64,000 nt of DNA from Saccharofermentanales bacterium. GTDB lineage: Bacteria > Bacillota > Clostridia > Saccharofermentanales > DTU023. A model generated the notes under the pieces. The model was given only the letters and a program-made list of their open reading frames with translations, was not told where the DNA came from and made no database searches. Location of the stretch: contig JBMNJV010000002.1 of assembly GCA_050951845.1 (NCBI GenBank), positions 73,447-137,446 on the forward strand, given 5' to 3'. Positions 20,695 through 30,687 of the stretch are shown piece after piece (position 1 is the stretch's first letter; each line of letters begins with the position of its first letter). Position numbers and translations under genes: made by a program.

Positions 20695-21135
20695 TCAAGT
20701 CTTTGGTGCAACAGTTAAATTTAATTTAGTGCTGATTTTTTCTTGTTGCGGAACATTCATTGAATAGCCTAAACTCAATTCACCGCCTTGCTCCGAAAGG
20801 TTACCCTTTACTTCATTAGTTAAGATTGAAATGTCCAACAAACCGAACGGTGTTTCCATTTGAGAAATAAAATGATTCCCGGTTTCAAAGAGAACATCCA
20901 TTTGAACCGAACCGGTTCTCAGAAAATGAACATGTCCTTCTTTGGTCAGTCTCAAACTGGTCTTGGTTCCGGTCATACCGGTTGCCTCGCTCTCATCATA
21001 ACTGACAGTCCATTCATTCGTTTTTTCATCATGGGTTAACAGACCGGTTGTCATGAACTTCATCGGTTCAAGAACTTCACCGGTCACCCATTGTTCACTA
21101 ACTATATTAATAATTACCGGTTGCGATTTATTCAT
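20695..21135 (-). CDS. DUF1934 (YwiB-like) beta-barrel protein
   Basis: YDESEATGMTGTKT, LRTG, TPFG motifs; start could be GTG 21162. Confidence 0.75.
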   Translation of the reverse strand: MNKSQPVIINIVSEQWVTGEVLEPMKFMTTGLLTHDEKTNEWTVSYDESEATGMTGTKTSLRLTKEGHVHFLRTGSVQMDVLFETGNHFISQMETPFGLLDISILTNEVKGNLSEQGGELSLGYSMNVPQQEKISTKLNLTVAPKT

Positions 21136-21220
21136 TGTATTGATAAATCTTCTCTCTAACACTACGTATTTTGTACTAACGTCCTCAGCAATACATTCAA
21201 TTAATTCTTAATAAATGATA

Positions 21221-22414
21221 TTACTTTAATGCTGCTGTTTCCTGTGCTATTTTCAACTCTTCATTTGTGCGAATGACATATACTTTGACTTTTGAATTAT
21301 CTGTTGAAATCAATTGATAATCACCGATTTCCCCGTAATTTAATTCTTTATCTAATTCAATACCCAAATAACCCAATTTACTCAGCATATCTTCACGCAA
21401 GTGCGGAGTATTTTCACCGATTCCGGCAGTAAATACGATAGCATCAACACCGCCCAAAGCTGCTGTATATGCGCCGATGTATTTGCTGCAATTATATGTG
21501 AACATCCGAAGCGCTAATTCTGCTCTTTCATTTCCGGCATCAGCTGCTGCCTGTAAATCACGACAATCTGAACTGACTCCGGAAATACCGAAGAAACCGC
21601 TTTCTTTATTCATTAAACTGTCAATTTCTTCCGGACCCAGATTTTCATGCTTAGCTAAATATGTTACAACTGCCGGATCCAGATCACCGCTTCTTGTACC
21701 CATAGGTACACCTGCCAAAGGTGTCATACCCATTGAAGTATCAATCGACTTTCCTGCATCAATTGCTGCAATTGAAGATCCGTTACCTAAGTGGCAAGTA
21801 ATAATTTTAGCATTCGGATTATCCATCAATTGCATGGCTTTCTCCGACACAAAAGCATGTGATGTGCCATGGAATCCGTAACGGCGAATTGCATGTTTTT
21901 TGTAAAATTCGTAAGGTAAAGCATACATGTATGCTTTGCCGGGAATCGTCTGATGGAAAGCAGTATCAAAAACCGCTACCTGGCTGATACCCGGCATGGC
22001 TTTTTCACAAGCTTCAATCCCCATAATATTTGCCGGATTATGTAAGGGTGCCAAAGGATAGCACTCTTTAATCGCATTTTTGACTTCTTCATCAATGATT
22101 ACAGAACTGGCAAACTTTTCACCGCCGTGAACAACTCTGTGCCCGACTGCGTCAACTTCGGATAAATCGGAAAGAACACCATGTTCCGGCGAAAGTAATG
22201 CATTAATCACCAATTTGACCGCAACAGTATGATCCGGAATATCAACTTCTGCACTATACTCTCTACCGTCTCCGGTTTCATGCTGTATATTTGAACCGTC
22301 AATTCCGATTCTTTCACAAATCCCGCTTGCTAAGACGACACGTTTGTCTGATTCTAAACCGAATAACTGATATTTTAAGGATGAACTCCCAGCATTAACA
22401 ACTAAAATCTTCAT
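21221..22414 (-). CDS. ackA: Acetate kinase
   Basis: KILVVNAGSSSLKYQL, GHRVVHGG, RRYGFHGTSH, TNEE. Confidence 0.97.
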   Translation of the reverse strand: MKILVVNAGSSSLKYQLFGLESDKRVVLASGICERIGIDGSNIQHETGDGREYSAEVDIPDHTVAVKLVINALLSPEHGVLSDLSEVDAVGHRVVHGGEKFASSVIIDEEVKNAIKECYPLAPLHNPANIMGIEACEKAMPGISQVAVFDTAFHQTIPGKAYMYALPYEFYKKHAIRRYGFHGTSHAFVSEKAMQLMDNPNAKIITCHLGNGSSIAAIDAGKSIDTSMGMTPLAGVPMGTRSGDLDPAVVTYLAKHENLGPEEIDSLMNKESGFFGISGVSSDCRDLQAAADAGNERAELALRMFTYNCSKYIGAYTAALGGVDAIVFTAGIGENTPHLREDMLSKLGYLGIELDKELNYGEIGDYQLISTDNSKVKVYVIRTNEELKIAQETAALK

Positions 22415-22442
22415 AAAAACTCCTGATGTTTCTAATTTATTA

Positions 22443-23435
22443 TTATTCCTTTTGAGCCTGAACCGCAGTAATTGCTACAACACCTACGATATCATTGACC
22501 GAACAACCGCGCGAAAGATCATTAACCGGCTTGGCAATACCTTGTAATAACGGACCATATGCCTCTGCTCCGGCAAGATATTGAACCAATTTATAAGCAA
22601 TATTGCCTGTATTAAGATCAGGGAACACCAAAATATTGGCTTTTCCCCCGACTTTATTACCGGGTGCTTTCTTCTCGCTCGTTACAGGTGATAATGCTGC
22701 ATCGATTTGCAATTCCCCGTCCAATAATAAATCCGGAGCTTTCTCTTTGGCTAATTCGGTAGCCTGAACGACTTTATCAATCATTGCGCTTGATGCACTG
22801 CCGAAACTGGAATAGGAAGTCATTGCTACAACCGGCTCTCCCCCAATCAGTTCACGGAATGACTGAGCAGAAGAAATTGCAATTTCCGATAATTGGTCAG
22901 CATCAGGATCTTCATTCAAACCACAGTCGGCAAAAACAAAAGTTCCGTTAGAACCATAATCTGTGTCTGTCACCATCACAAAGAAGGCAGATACTAATTT
23001 GGTACCCGGTTTAGTACGTAATATCTGCAAGGCAGGCCGTAAAACATTAGCGGTGCTGTTGACTGCACCGGCTACCAAACCATCTGCAATTCCTTGATGT
23101 ACAAGCATCATGCCAAAGTAAACCGGATCAAGCATTTTCTTTTGGGCTTCAAGCAGACTGACCCCTCTTCTTTTACGCATTTCGAAGAAAATTTGGACAA
23201 ATTCATCATATTTTTCGTAAGATGCAGGATCAATATATTCAGCACCCTCTAAAGAATACTCAGGAGTCACTAATTTTATTCTGTTTTCACCGCCGATTAA
23301 AATTATATCGGCAATGCCTTCTTTGATAATCCTTGAAGCTGCCTCTGTTACTCTAGGATCATCAGTTTCCGGCAAAACAATTTTTTTGCGATTTTTCTTA
23401 GCTAATTCAAAAATCCCATTAATAAAATCTGACAT
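22443..23435 (-). CDS. pta: Phosphate acetyltransferase
   Basis: IVLPE, DGELQIDAA, PVNDLSRGCS. Confidence 0.97.
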   Translation of the reverse strand: MSDFINGIFELAKKNRKKIVLPETDDPRVTEAASRIIKEGIADIILIGGENRIKLVTPEYSLEGAEYIDPASYEKYDEFVQIFFEMRKRRGVSLLEAQKKMLDPVYFGMMLVHQGIADGLVAGAVNSTANVLRPALQILRTKPGTKLVSAFFVMVTDTDYGSNGTFVFADCGLNEDPDADQLSEIAISSAQSFRELIGGEPVVAMTSYSSFGSASSAMIDKVVQATELAKEKAPDLLLDGELQIDAALSPVTSEKKAPGNKVGGKANILVFPDLNTGNIAYKLVQYLAGAEAYGPLLQGIAKPVNDLSRGCSVNDIVGVVAITAVQAQKE

Positions 23436-23619
23436 TTCACACCTCTTTCAACTATTATTATTTATGTATTTAATAAAATCATGAAAATTTTCTTAAACAT
23501 GCAAATTAATATAGGATATTATAATACAAGCCAATATTTCATTCAATTAAATAAGTTATCCAAACCACCTGATTTGAATAACTTATTTTTCAATATGAAA
23601 TTTATGAAATTATCTTGGT

Positions 23620-24954
23620 TTATTTAACAAGCAACTGCGGTTGCCCTAAAGCAAATCCGCCAACAGAACGAATTTGAACTATGTGACAACTGTTTTCACC
23701 TAAAGCTGAATCGATTTGTTTTTGAAATTCAGCTACTTTTGCCAGAGGTACAAAAGCCTGGACTGTTCCGGCAAATCCGCCTCCATGTACTCTGACCGCA
23801 CCTGTACCATTTAAGATATGTTTTGCCAATGCGATTGCAATACCCATTTCCTGATGTTTAACCGCACCGGTTGGTGAAATGTTTTGCAGATAGCACCACG
23901 AAGATTCACCCGAATCGTTAATCAATCGAAGAAATCCGGCAAAATCACCTTTTTTCAGGTTTTTCGCAGCCGCAGTAACCCGATCATTTTCAGCAAAAAA
24001 ATGCATTGCACGCAAAACTGACCGATCACCCAGTTCGTGCCGAATTGAATCAATTTCAGCAAAAAATTTATCCTGATTTGCTGCGCGCAGAACTTCAACA
24101 CCGAGTTTTTCAGCAACTGCAAACATTTCTCGGGTAATTGCCGCATATTCATCAGTCAGATCGGCGTGATCAGCTCCTGAATCGATAATACATAAGGCAT
24201 AACCTTCTTCTTCCAGATTCAGTGCCAACGGTTCAATCTTCGGTACAAGCTGATTTTTGAAATCGATATATACTGCCTGACCGACTGCCGATGCCATTTG
24301 GTCCATTAAGCCTGACGGTTTACCGAAAAACTTATTCTCAGCTATTTGTCCCATTTTTGCCCAAGTTTCTGCATTTTCCTGATCGCTTGCCCAGAAATGA
24401 TTCAAAATAACGGCAAACAGAACTTCGATCGATGCCGAAGATGACAGCCCTGAACCGGGTAATACGGTTGATTGGCTATAAATATCGATACCTGCGGAAT
24501 CATAACCTTTTTCAACGTAACAAGCGGCAACACCCTTGAGCAAAGCATCGGTCGTACCATATTCAGCTTCCCGAGGCTGCCAATCCTGCATATCTACTTC
24601 AACCGTCGGCCAACCATATGAGGCATAACGTAGCTTGCCGATCTTATTCGGTGCGGCAAAAGCCCAGACATCCATATTGACGGCAGCTGCTAATACCTGA
24701 CCTTGTTGATGATCGGTATGATTGCCGATCAGTTCCGTACGTCCCGGAGCAGAAAAAAACGCTACTTCCGGATCAGATGATTCAAGATCATCCGGATCTG
24801 TGAAAGCATCAATAAATCCCTGCATAACATTCAAAAATCTTTCTTTCAGATTTTGCGGGATCGGATTTCCGCCTGGAATTACAGCAAGCTTTCTGATCGT
24901 ATTATCCAGTTTGCCCGCTTCCAGCGCTCGTTTCCATTCAGATGTTTTAACCAT
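23620..24954 (-). CDS. galK: Galactokinase (GHMP kinase)
   Basis: APGRTELIGNHTDHQ, PGSGLSSSA, GKPSGLMDQ, RVHGGGFAG; next to mglBAC. Confidence 0.9.
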   Translation of the reverse strand: MVKTSEWKRALEAGKLDNTIRKLAVIPGGNPIPQNLKERFLNVMQGFIDAFTDPDDLESSDPEVAFFSAPGRTELIGNHTDHQQGQVLAAAVNMDVWAFAAPNKIGKLRYASYGWPTVEVDMQDWQPREAEYGTTDALLKGVAACYVEKGYDSAGIDIYSQSTVLPGSGLSSSASIEVLFAVILNHFWASDQENAETWAKMGQIAENKFFGKPSGLMDQMASAVGQAVYIDFKNQLVPKIEPLALNLEEEGYALCIIDSGADHADLTDEYAAITREMFAVAEKLGVEVLRAANQDKFFAEIDSIRHELGDRSVLRAMHFFAENDRVTAAAKNLKKGDFAGFLRLINDSGESSWCYLQNISPTGAVKHQEMGIAIALAKHILNGTGAVRVHGGGFAGTVQAFVPLAKVAEFQKQIDSALGENSCHIVQIRSVGGFALGQPQLLVK

Positions 24955-25040
24955 GGGTTCTCCTCTCGAATAAAATTTATAATTGATTCCATTTCAAAAA
25001 TACATTAAACATTATACATTTGTATTGATTTTTTTAAAAT

Positions 25041-25066
25041 AAAAGTCTCACAAATGCGAGACTTTT
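25041..25066. terminator. Hairpin terminator between mglC and galK
   Basis: AAAAGTCTC-N8-GAGACTTTT. Confidence 0.65.
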
Positions 25067-25097
25067 ATAATGCGATGTACTGAGAAATGTATTTGTC

Positions 25098-26111
25098 TTA
25101 TTTTTTCCGCATTGTTTTTCTGATATCCAGAGCAACGGCAGCAACAATTACGATGCCTTGGAATATATTTGTAAATTCCGGCGGTACTCCGAGAAATTGC
25201 AAACAGGACTTTAATAACTCAAATACCAGAACACCCAGAAAGACTCCGGGTACCGTACCGATACCCCCGGAAGTTGAAACACCGCCAATTGTTGCAGCAG
25301 CTATTGCTTCTAATTCATAACCGGTACCGGCACCGACAGCAGATGAACCTGTTTTTGCAGTCAACAGGAAACCTGCTAAACCATATAAAGCTCCCGCTAA
25401 AGCAAAGATCATTATTTTGGTTTTTGAGGTATTAACTCCGGAAACTTCGGCCGCAACTTCATTTCCGCCGATAGCATACATGTACTTTCCGTGACGTGTA
25501 CGTTTATAAAGAACATTCATAAAAAAGCTCACAAAAGCCGCTACGAAAAACAACCAAGGCAGAATCAGCGGTCCCAGTTTCAGACCGGAACGACCGAAAT
25601 CCGCATAACTTTCATTCAAAGAACCGATCGGAACATTTTGTGAAAGCAGCATATTAAGGCCGTAAATCGCTATTTGAGTACCCAGTGTAGCAATAAACGC
25701 AGGTACTTTCAGCAAAGCGATGATCGTACCGTTAATCAGACCGAAAACCAAACCGAGAGCAATTGAAGCAAGTAATGCGGCAATGATCGGCGAACCTGCT
25801 AAACCAGGATAAAGTATTTGGCTGGCAGCATCAGGTCTTTGCAACATTAAGGCAGAAAGAACCGAAGTAATGCCGACGATACGACCGGCTGAAAGATCTG
25901 TCCCTCTTATGATTAAGCAACCTGAAACTCCAAGTGCAATAACTGCTCTCAAAGACGTATTGGCCACAACATTTTTCAAATTATCAAAAGTTAAAAAATT
26001 GTCTGCAAAAATTGCTGTAACAATTACCATTATTAATGCAACAAATATCAAAGCATTATTTATCAAAAAAGCTCCGATATTATTTTTTGTTAAAGATTTA
26101 CTATCACTCAT
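25098..26111 (-). CDS. mglC: Galactose/methyl-galactoside ABC transporter permease
   Basis: GTDLSAGR, YAIGGNEVAAEVSG, YELEAIAAATIGG. Confidence 0.9.
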   Translation of the reverse strand: MSDSKSLTKNNIGAFLINNALIFVALIMVIVTAIFADNFLTFDNLKNVVANTSLRAVIALGVSGCLIIRGTDLSAGRIVGITSVLSALMLQRPDAASQILYPGLAGSPIIAALLASIALGLVFGLINGTIIALLKVPAFIATLGTQIAIYGLNMLLSQNVPIGSLNESYADFGRSGLKLGPLILPWLFFVAAFVSFFMNVLYKRTRHGKYMYAIGGNEVAAEVSGVNTSKTKIMIFALAGALYGLAGFLLTAKTGSSAVGAGTGYELEAIAAATIGGVSTSGGIGTVPGVFLGVLVFELLKSCLQFLGVPPEFTNIFQGIVIVAAVALDIRKTMRKK

Positions 26112-26123
26112 TCTTGCATCTCC

Positions 26124-27653
26124 TTATGAATCCGGTTCTTCCTGATTTTTCACCATGAATTTAGTTGCCAGAGCCATTACTTTCTCTTGGCTGGCCTCTT
26201 CAGCATCCAGGAAACCGGCTATTTTGCCCTCACACATAACCATAATACGATCGGATAATCCCAATAATTCCGCCATTTCTGAAGTAATCATGATGACACT
26301 CTTACCTTCTTCGACTAAGCGACCGATAATTTCATAGATTTCATATTTTGCACCTACATCAATACCTCGGGTAGGCTCATCTAAAATCAAAATGTCGGGT
26401 GCATTGGCTAACCAACGAGCAAGAATTGCTTTTTGCTGATTTCCGCCGGACAAACTTCCGATTGGTGTTTTATGCGTCGGGGTTTTGATCGATAATTTTT
26501 CGATACTCTTTTCAACTATTTCATCAATTTCTTTTAAATTGAGCAAAGGACCGTGTCTGTATTGATCAACGGAAGCTATTGCTACATTATCCGAAACTGA
26601 AAGCACAGCAAAAATTCCTGAATCACGTCTGTCTTCAGTTACCAAAGCAATACCGTTTTTGATTGCGTCTTGCGGACGATTTATCGTGATTTCAACATTA
26701 TCTTTTTTAATGCAGCCACCAGGTTGATGTAAACGAATACCGTAAATTGCCTCCATTAATTCAGTACGCTGCGCACCGACCAAACCGCCGACACCTAAAA
26801 TTTCACCTTTTTTTAATGAAAAAGAACAATTTTTAAAAGATAAAGCTGCAGGAGAGCTGAAATTACTGATTTCTAAAATTGTTTCATCTTGTGCCATACT
26901 TGTACGAGGCGGAAACATTGAAACTAATTCACGGCCTACCATGTATTTAATAATTTTATCGGTGTCCAGTTCGGAAGCAGCCCATGTACCGACATATTGC
27001 CCATCTCGTAAAATCGTAACTTCGTCGGATATTTCTAAAATTTCTTTCATTTTATGAGAAATATAGATTATTGCAATATTCTGTGATCTGAGGTCATTAA
27101 TAATGTCAAACAACTTAGCCACTTCCGTTTCGGTCAACGAAGAAGTCGGTTCATCCATAATTACGACTTTAGCATTATGCGAAATAGCTTTAGCAATTTC
27201 AACGGACTGCATTTGAGAAACAGTCAAATCATTCAACAGAGTTTTCGGATCAACTGCTAAACCTACATCTTCTAAATAAGTTACCGTTTCTTTATACATT
27301 TTATCGTGATCTACTAAACCCAGTTTAGTAAGCGGATAATTACCGAGAAAAATATTTTCGCCAACCGTCATCATTCGGATCGGTTGTAATTCTTGATGAA
27401 TCATGGCAACCCCATGATCAAGAGCTTCTTTTGAATCTTTAAAATTTACGGTATCGCCATCAAGAATAATTTGCCCGCTATCTGCAAAATACATACCATA
27501 CAGACATTTCATCAATGTCGATTTTCCTGCGCCATTTTCTCCCATCAAAGCATGAACAGTTCCAGGTCTTACTTTGAGTTGAGCATTGTCTAAAGCTTTA
27601 ACCCCGGGAAAGGATTTATTAATATCAATCATTTCAAGAATATATTCGCTCAT
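26124..27653 (-). CDS. mglA: Galactose/methyl-galactoside ABC transporter ATPase (two ABC domains)
   Basis: GENGAGKSTL, MDEPTSSL, LSGGNQQK, LDEPTRGIDVGAK. Confidence 0.93.
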   Translation of the reverse strand: MSEYILEMIDINKSFPGVKALDNAQLKVRPGTVHALMGENGAGKSTLMKCLYGMYFADSGQIILDGDTVNFKDSKEALDHGVAMIHQELQPIRMMTVGENIFLGNYPLTKLGLVDHDKMYKETVTYLEDVGLAVDPKTLLNDLTVSQMQSVEIAKAISHNAKVVIMDEPTSSLTETEVAKLFDIINDLRSQNIAIIYISHKMKEILEISDEVTILRDGQYVGTWAASELDTDKIIKYMVGRELVSMFPPRTSMAQDETILEISNFSSPAALSFKNCSFSLKKGEILGVGGLVGAQRTELMEAIYGIRLHQPGGCIKKDNVEITINRPQDAIKNGIALVTEDRRDSGIFAVLSVSDNVAIASVDQYRHGPLLNLKEIDEIVEKSIEKLSIKTPTHKTPIGSLSGGNQQKAILARWLANAPDILILDEPTRGIDVGAKYEIYEIIGRLVEEGKSVIMITSEMAELLGLSDRIMVMCEGKIAGFLDAEEASQEKVMALATKFMVKNQEEPDS

Positions 27654-27739
27654 GAACCATTCCTTTCAAAAACACATCAAGCATGCAAAGATTTGCATAC
27701 TTGATGATAATACTGATAAAAAAACAATAACGATATTAA

Positions 27740-28873
27740 TTATTCTTCGTATTCCGCCAATCTGGCCTCATAGTCTGCAATACTTTCAGCACGCCATTCT
27801 TTGCGTTCTAATTCAGAATCCTCCACTTTAGTTACTTTCACATAATCATGCCAGTAGAATGGTTCAACATCTTCACCGTTCAATAGTTTAACTGCGATTT
27901 CAGCAGCCGTATGGGCTTGATTAAAATGGTCATTCAGAACTGTTCCCGTAAATTTGCCATTACCGATCGCTTCAACAACTTCCGGTAATGCGTCTACACC
28001 AACAAGATAAATATCTTCACCCACTATACGGCCTGCACCTTCGATAGCCTGCATGGCACCCAACGCCATACCGTCATTATTCGAGAAAACAACTTCGAGT
28101 TTATCGCCATATTGTGTCAAGGCATTTGCTGTAATTTCCTGACCTTTGGTTTGATCCCAGTTACCGCGCTGAGCTTCACCTAAAATTTCAGTTTTGATTG
28201 TTTTTTCAAGAGTTTTTACAGAAAATTCTGTACGTTGTTCAGCATCAACGTTACCGGCATCACCCATAATCATGATATAATTCACAACACCGTCACCGTT
28301 GAAATCACCTTTATTCGGAGTTTCAGCAATTATTTCACCCTGATAGATACCTGATTGACGGGCGTCCACGCCGACATATGTTGTTTTTCCGGGCCAAATT
28401 TCCATTGTGGAAAGTTCTTTCGGCTCTCGATTGATTAAAACAACAGGAATATCAGCGGCTTGTGCATCCTTGAGAAATTGATCGGCACCGGTTGTTTCTA
28501 CTAAGTTGGCAATGATTAAATCTTTCTTTTGAGCAATAAAGTTGTTTAATTGGTCATTCTGAGTATTTTGGTCGTTTTTGCCGTCCTGGAATTCAACTTC
28601 ATAGGTGTTTCCGTCAGCAGCACCCAACTCGCCGAAATATTTTTCTAATTCATTGCGATAGAGTGTCATAAAATTATCACTATATTGATAAATCGTAACA
28701 CCTATTTTATACGTTTTTCCCTCACCGGACGATTCACCGGAATCAACTGCCTCGCTATCTTTTACATCTTCAGCATCTTCGGTATCTTTTGCCGCATCGT
28801 CTTTTTTGTCACCGCAGGCAACAAGTCCAATAACCATAATTATTGCAATTAATATTGCTAACAATCTTTTCAT
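27740..28873 (-). CDS. mglB: Galactose-binding lipoprotein
   Basis: Lipobox LVAC, IGVTIYQYSDNFM, NNDGMALGA, GTVLND. Confidence 0.9.
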   Translation of the reverse strand: MKRLLAILIAIIMVIGLVACGDKKDDAAKDTEDAEDVKDSEAVDSGESSGEGKTYKIGVTIYQYSDNFMTLYRNELEKYFGELGAADGNTYEVEFQDGKNDQNTQNDQLNNFIAQKKDLIIANLVETTGADQFLKDAQAADIPVVLINREPKELSTMEIWPGKTTYVGVDARQSGIYQGEIIAETPNKGDFNGDGVVNYIMIMGDAGNVDAEQRTEFSVKTLEKTIKTEILGEAQRGNWDQTKGQEITANALTQYGDKLEVVFSNNDGMALGAMQAIEGAGRIVGEDIYLVGVDALPEVVEAIGNGKFTGTVLNDHFNQAHTAAEIAVKLLNGEDVEPFYWHDYVKVTKVEDSELERKEWRAESIADYEARLAEYEE

Positions 28874-29071
28874 GTTTTTCCTCCATATTTTCGTTTCGTT
28901 TCAAAATCTTTTGACCTATTTGTTGTGTTAACTAAATATGAACAAACATTAAATTTTTTTCTTCGAAATAGCAATCTTTTTATTAAGAGATAGCAATATA
29001 TTATAAATTTCTATTTTTTAAATAAAATCCGGCTGCTAAATCGTCTAATATAAGAGAAAAAACAACAAAAA

Positions 29072-29126
29072 AGTAACAACGTAACAACTCATACTGAAAA
29101 AATAAAAAAGTTGTTATGTTGTTACT
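29072..29126. repeat. 55-bp hairpin with 18-bp arms built from GTAACAAC-type 8-mers
   Basis: AGTAACAACGTAACAACT-N19-AGTTGTTATGTTGTTACT, one mismatch. Confidence 0.85.
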
Positions 29127-29158
29127 CTCGAAAAGTTATAATTGTTTGGAATTTCAGA

Positions 29159-30463
29159 CTACTTAATTATACCGCTGACCAAAACATACAACTGATCTGT
29201 GGCAAGAAAAAGCGTTTTATTATCAATAGTTGTATAAAACAAATTATTAAGTGAGCTTAAATTATCTTTGTATTGATTAGTTGATAATCCTGCCCGAATC
29301 GATGCTAATATTTCAGAATTCGCATAATTACTGGGTTCAGAGAAATTTTTCACAATGTGATTGCCGAATAAAGCCATAGCTTGAATATCCGTTTGTTCAC
29401 TCATCTTTTGTCCGGTTGCGATATTATATATCTGATAAAGATTATTTGTCTGCAAAATCTGGCGATTTAAAAAACCTTCAGTATTTGAATTTTGCTGTTC
29501 ATCGTTTAGTTGATATACAATTTTCATTGTATCCAAAGTCGTAACGGCAAATGCCGTTTCCGCTGTAGGCACATAATTTTGCTCATCCGGCATAATACCG
29601 AAAGGATAAAAGACTGATTCCGAATCAATTGAATCGGTAATCAGTTCGGACCAATGTTCATAAACTTGCTGCCACTGCTGATCCAGCAAACTGAAAGACT
29701 CCAAAACATAGAGATTAACATCAGAAAGCCTGATCATACTCGCATCACGATACGGATTAATTAACTCCGGATTTTCAGTCGGCCGATCTGTTGAAGAAGT
29801 TTCAGGATAGAAAATTCGTTCCACTTCGGATTGATAATTCGGAGTTAATTCTTCAGCGGAAAAATATGGCCGAACTCTTGCCATAATCTGCTCAAGCTGT
29901 TTCTGCAAATCACGTCCCGGATTGCGGTTAAATGCTGTTAACAAAACTTCCGCATATTGTAAATCATATGGCCAGGTTACCTCGGTTTGTGCAAGCACTT
30001 CACCATTTTGATTAATTTGGATTACCCAAGCCTGATCTTTCAGATAAAGTTCCGAAATCATCTCTTGCCAGGCCTTAAATTCTTTTACTTCACCTATCAA
30101 TGCCAGATATTTTCCCCAAAGCAATTGATCGGTCAAATCAAAAGTTGTTTCTCTTATAATTTGATCATTCTTAGTCAACTCAACTTTTGTAATAATACCT
30201 TGAAAAGATTTCTTGCTGTCGGTCAATTCAAAATCAACAAGAAAGTTCTCCCGAAAAGCCTGTTCGACTTTACGATCGGCAGGTTTCAGCTTTTCTATGA
30301 TTCCTTTATCATCCCAAATTGAATAATGTCGATTCACGAGAGGCTCAACACCGTAGGAATCTGACAGAAAACCGGGATAAATAAATAAAAGGATGATAAT
30401 AGTTATGATTAAAACCACCGGTACAATTAATTTCAAAAATTTCGGTATTTGTTTACCCTTCAT
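29159..30463 (-). CDS. Membrane-anchored extracellular hypothetical protein, possibly a degenerate GH8-like fold
   Basis: N-terminal TM and GAGGT SD; family similarity is by eye only. Confidence 0.6.
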   Translation of the reverse strand: MKGKQIPKFLKLIVPVVLIITIIILLFIYPGFLSDSYGVEPLVNRHYSIWDDKGIIEKLKPADRKVEQAFRENFLVDFELTDSKKSFQGIITKVELTKNDQIIRETTFDLTDQLLWGKYLALIGEVKEFKAWQEMISELYLKDQAWVIQINQNGEVLAQTEVTWPYDLQYAEVLLTAFNRNPGRDLQKQLEQIMARVRPYFSAEELTPNYQSEVERIFYPETSSTDRPTENPELINPYRDASMIRLSDVNLYVLESFSLLDQQWQQVYEHWSELITDSIDSESVFYPFGIMPDEQNYVPTAETAFAVTTLDTMKIVYQLNDEQQNSNTEGFLNRQILQTNNLYQIYNIATGQKMSEQTDIQAMALFGNHIVKNFSEPSNYANSEILASIRAGLSTNQYKDNLSSLNNLFYTTIDNKTLFLATDQLYVLVSGIIK

Positions 30464-30687
30464 CAAAATGACTACCTCACTTCAGTCTTACACATTCCGT
30501 TAAGTAAAAAACAAATCAATATTTAAACACATTTGCCCTCTTATGTTATTATCTTAGAATATACCGTTGATTTAATAAAGTTCGCTTTAAACTATTTTCA
30601 GCAAGCATCTGTTTTATAAAACAATCGCTGTTTTAGTAAAAAAGCAACGTATTTCATTTAATTACAGAAGACAGGAACATTGGTTTT

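Noticed and set aside
30610-30623. Perfect palindrome TGTTTTATAAAACA in the divergent region before tmcAL
   Set aside because: Very AT-rich, with no second good copy or cognate regulator identified; could be chance.
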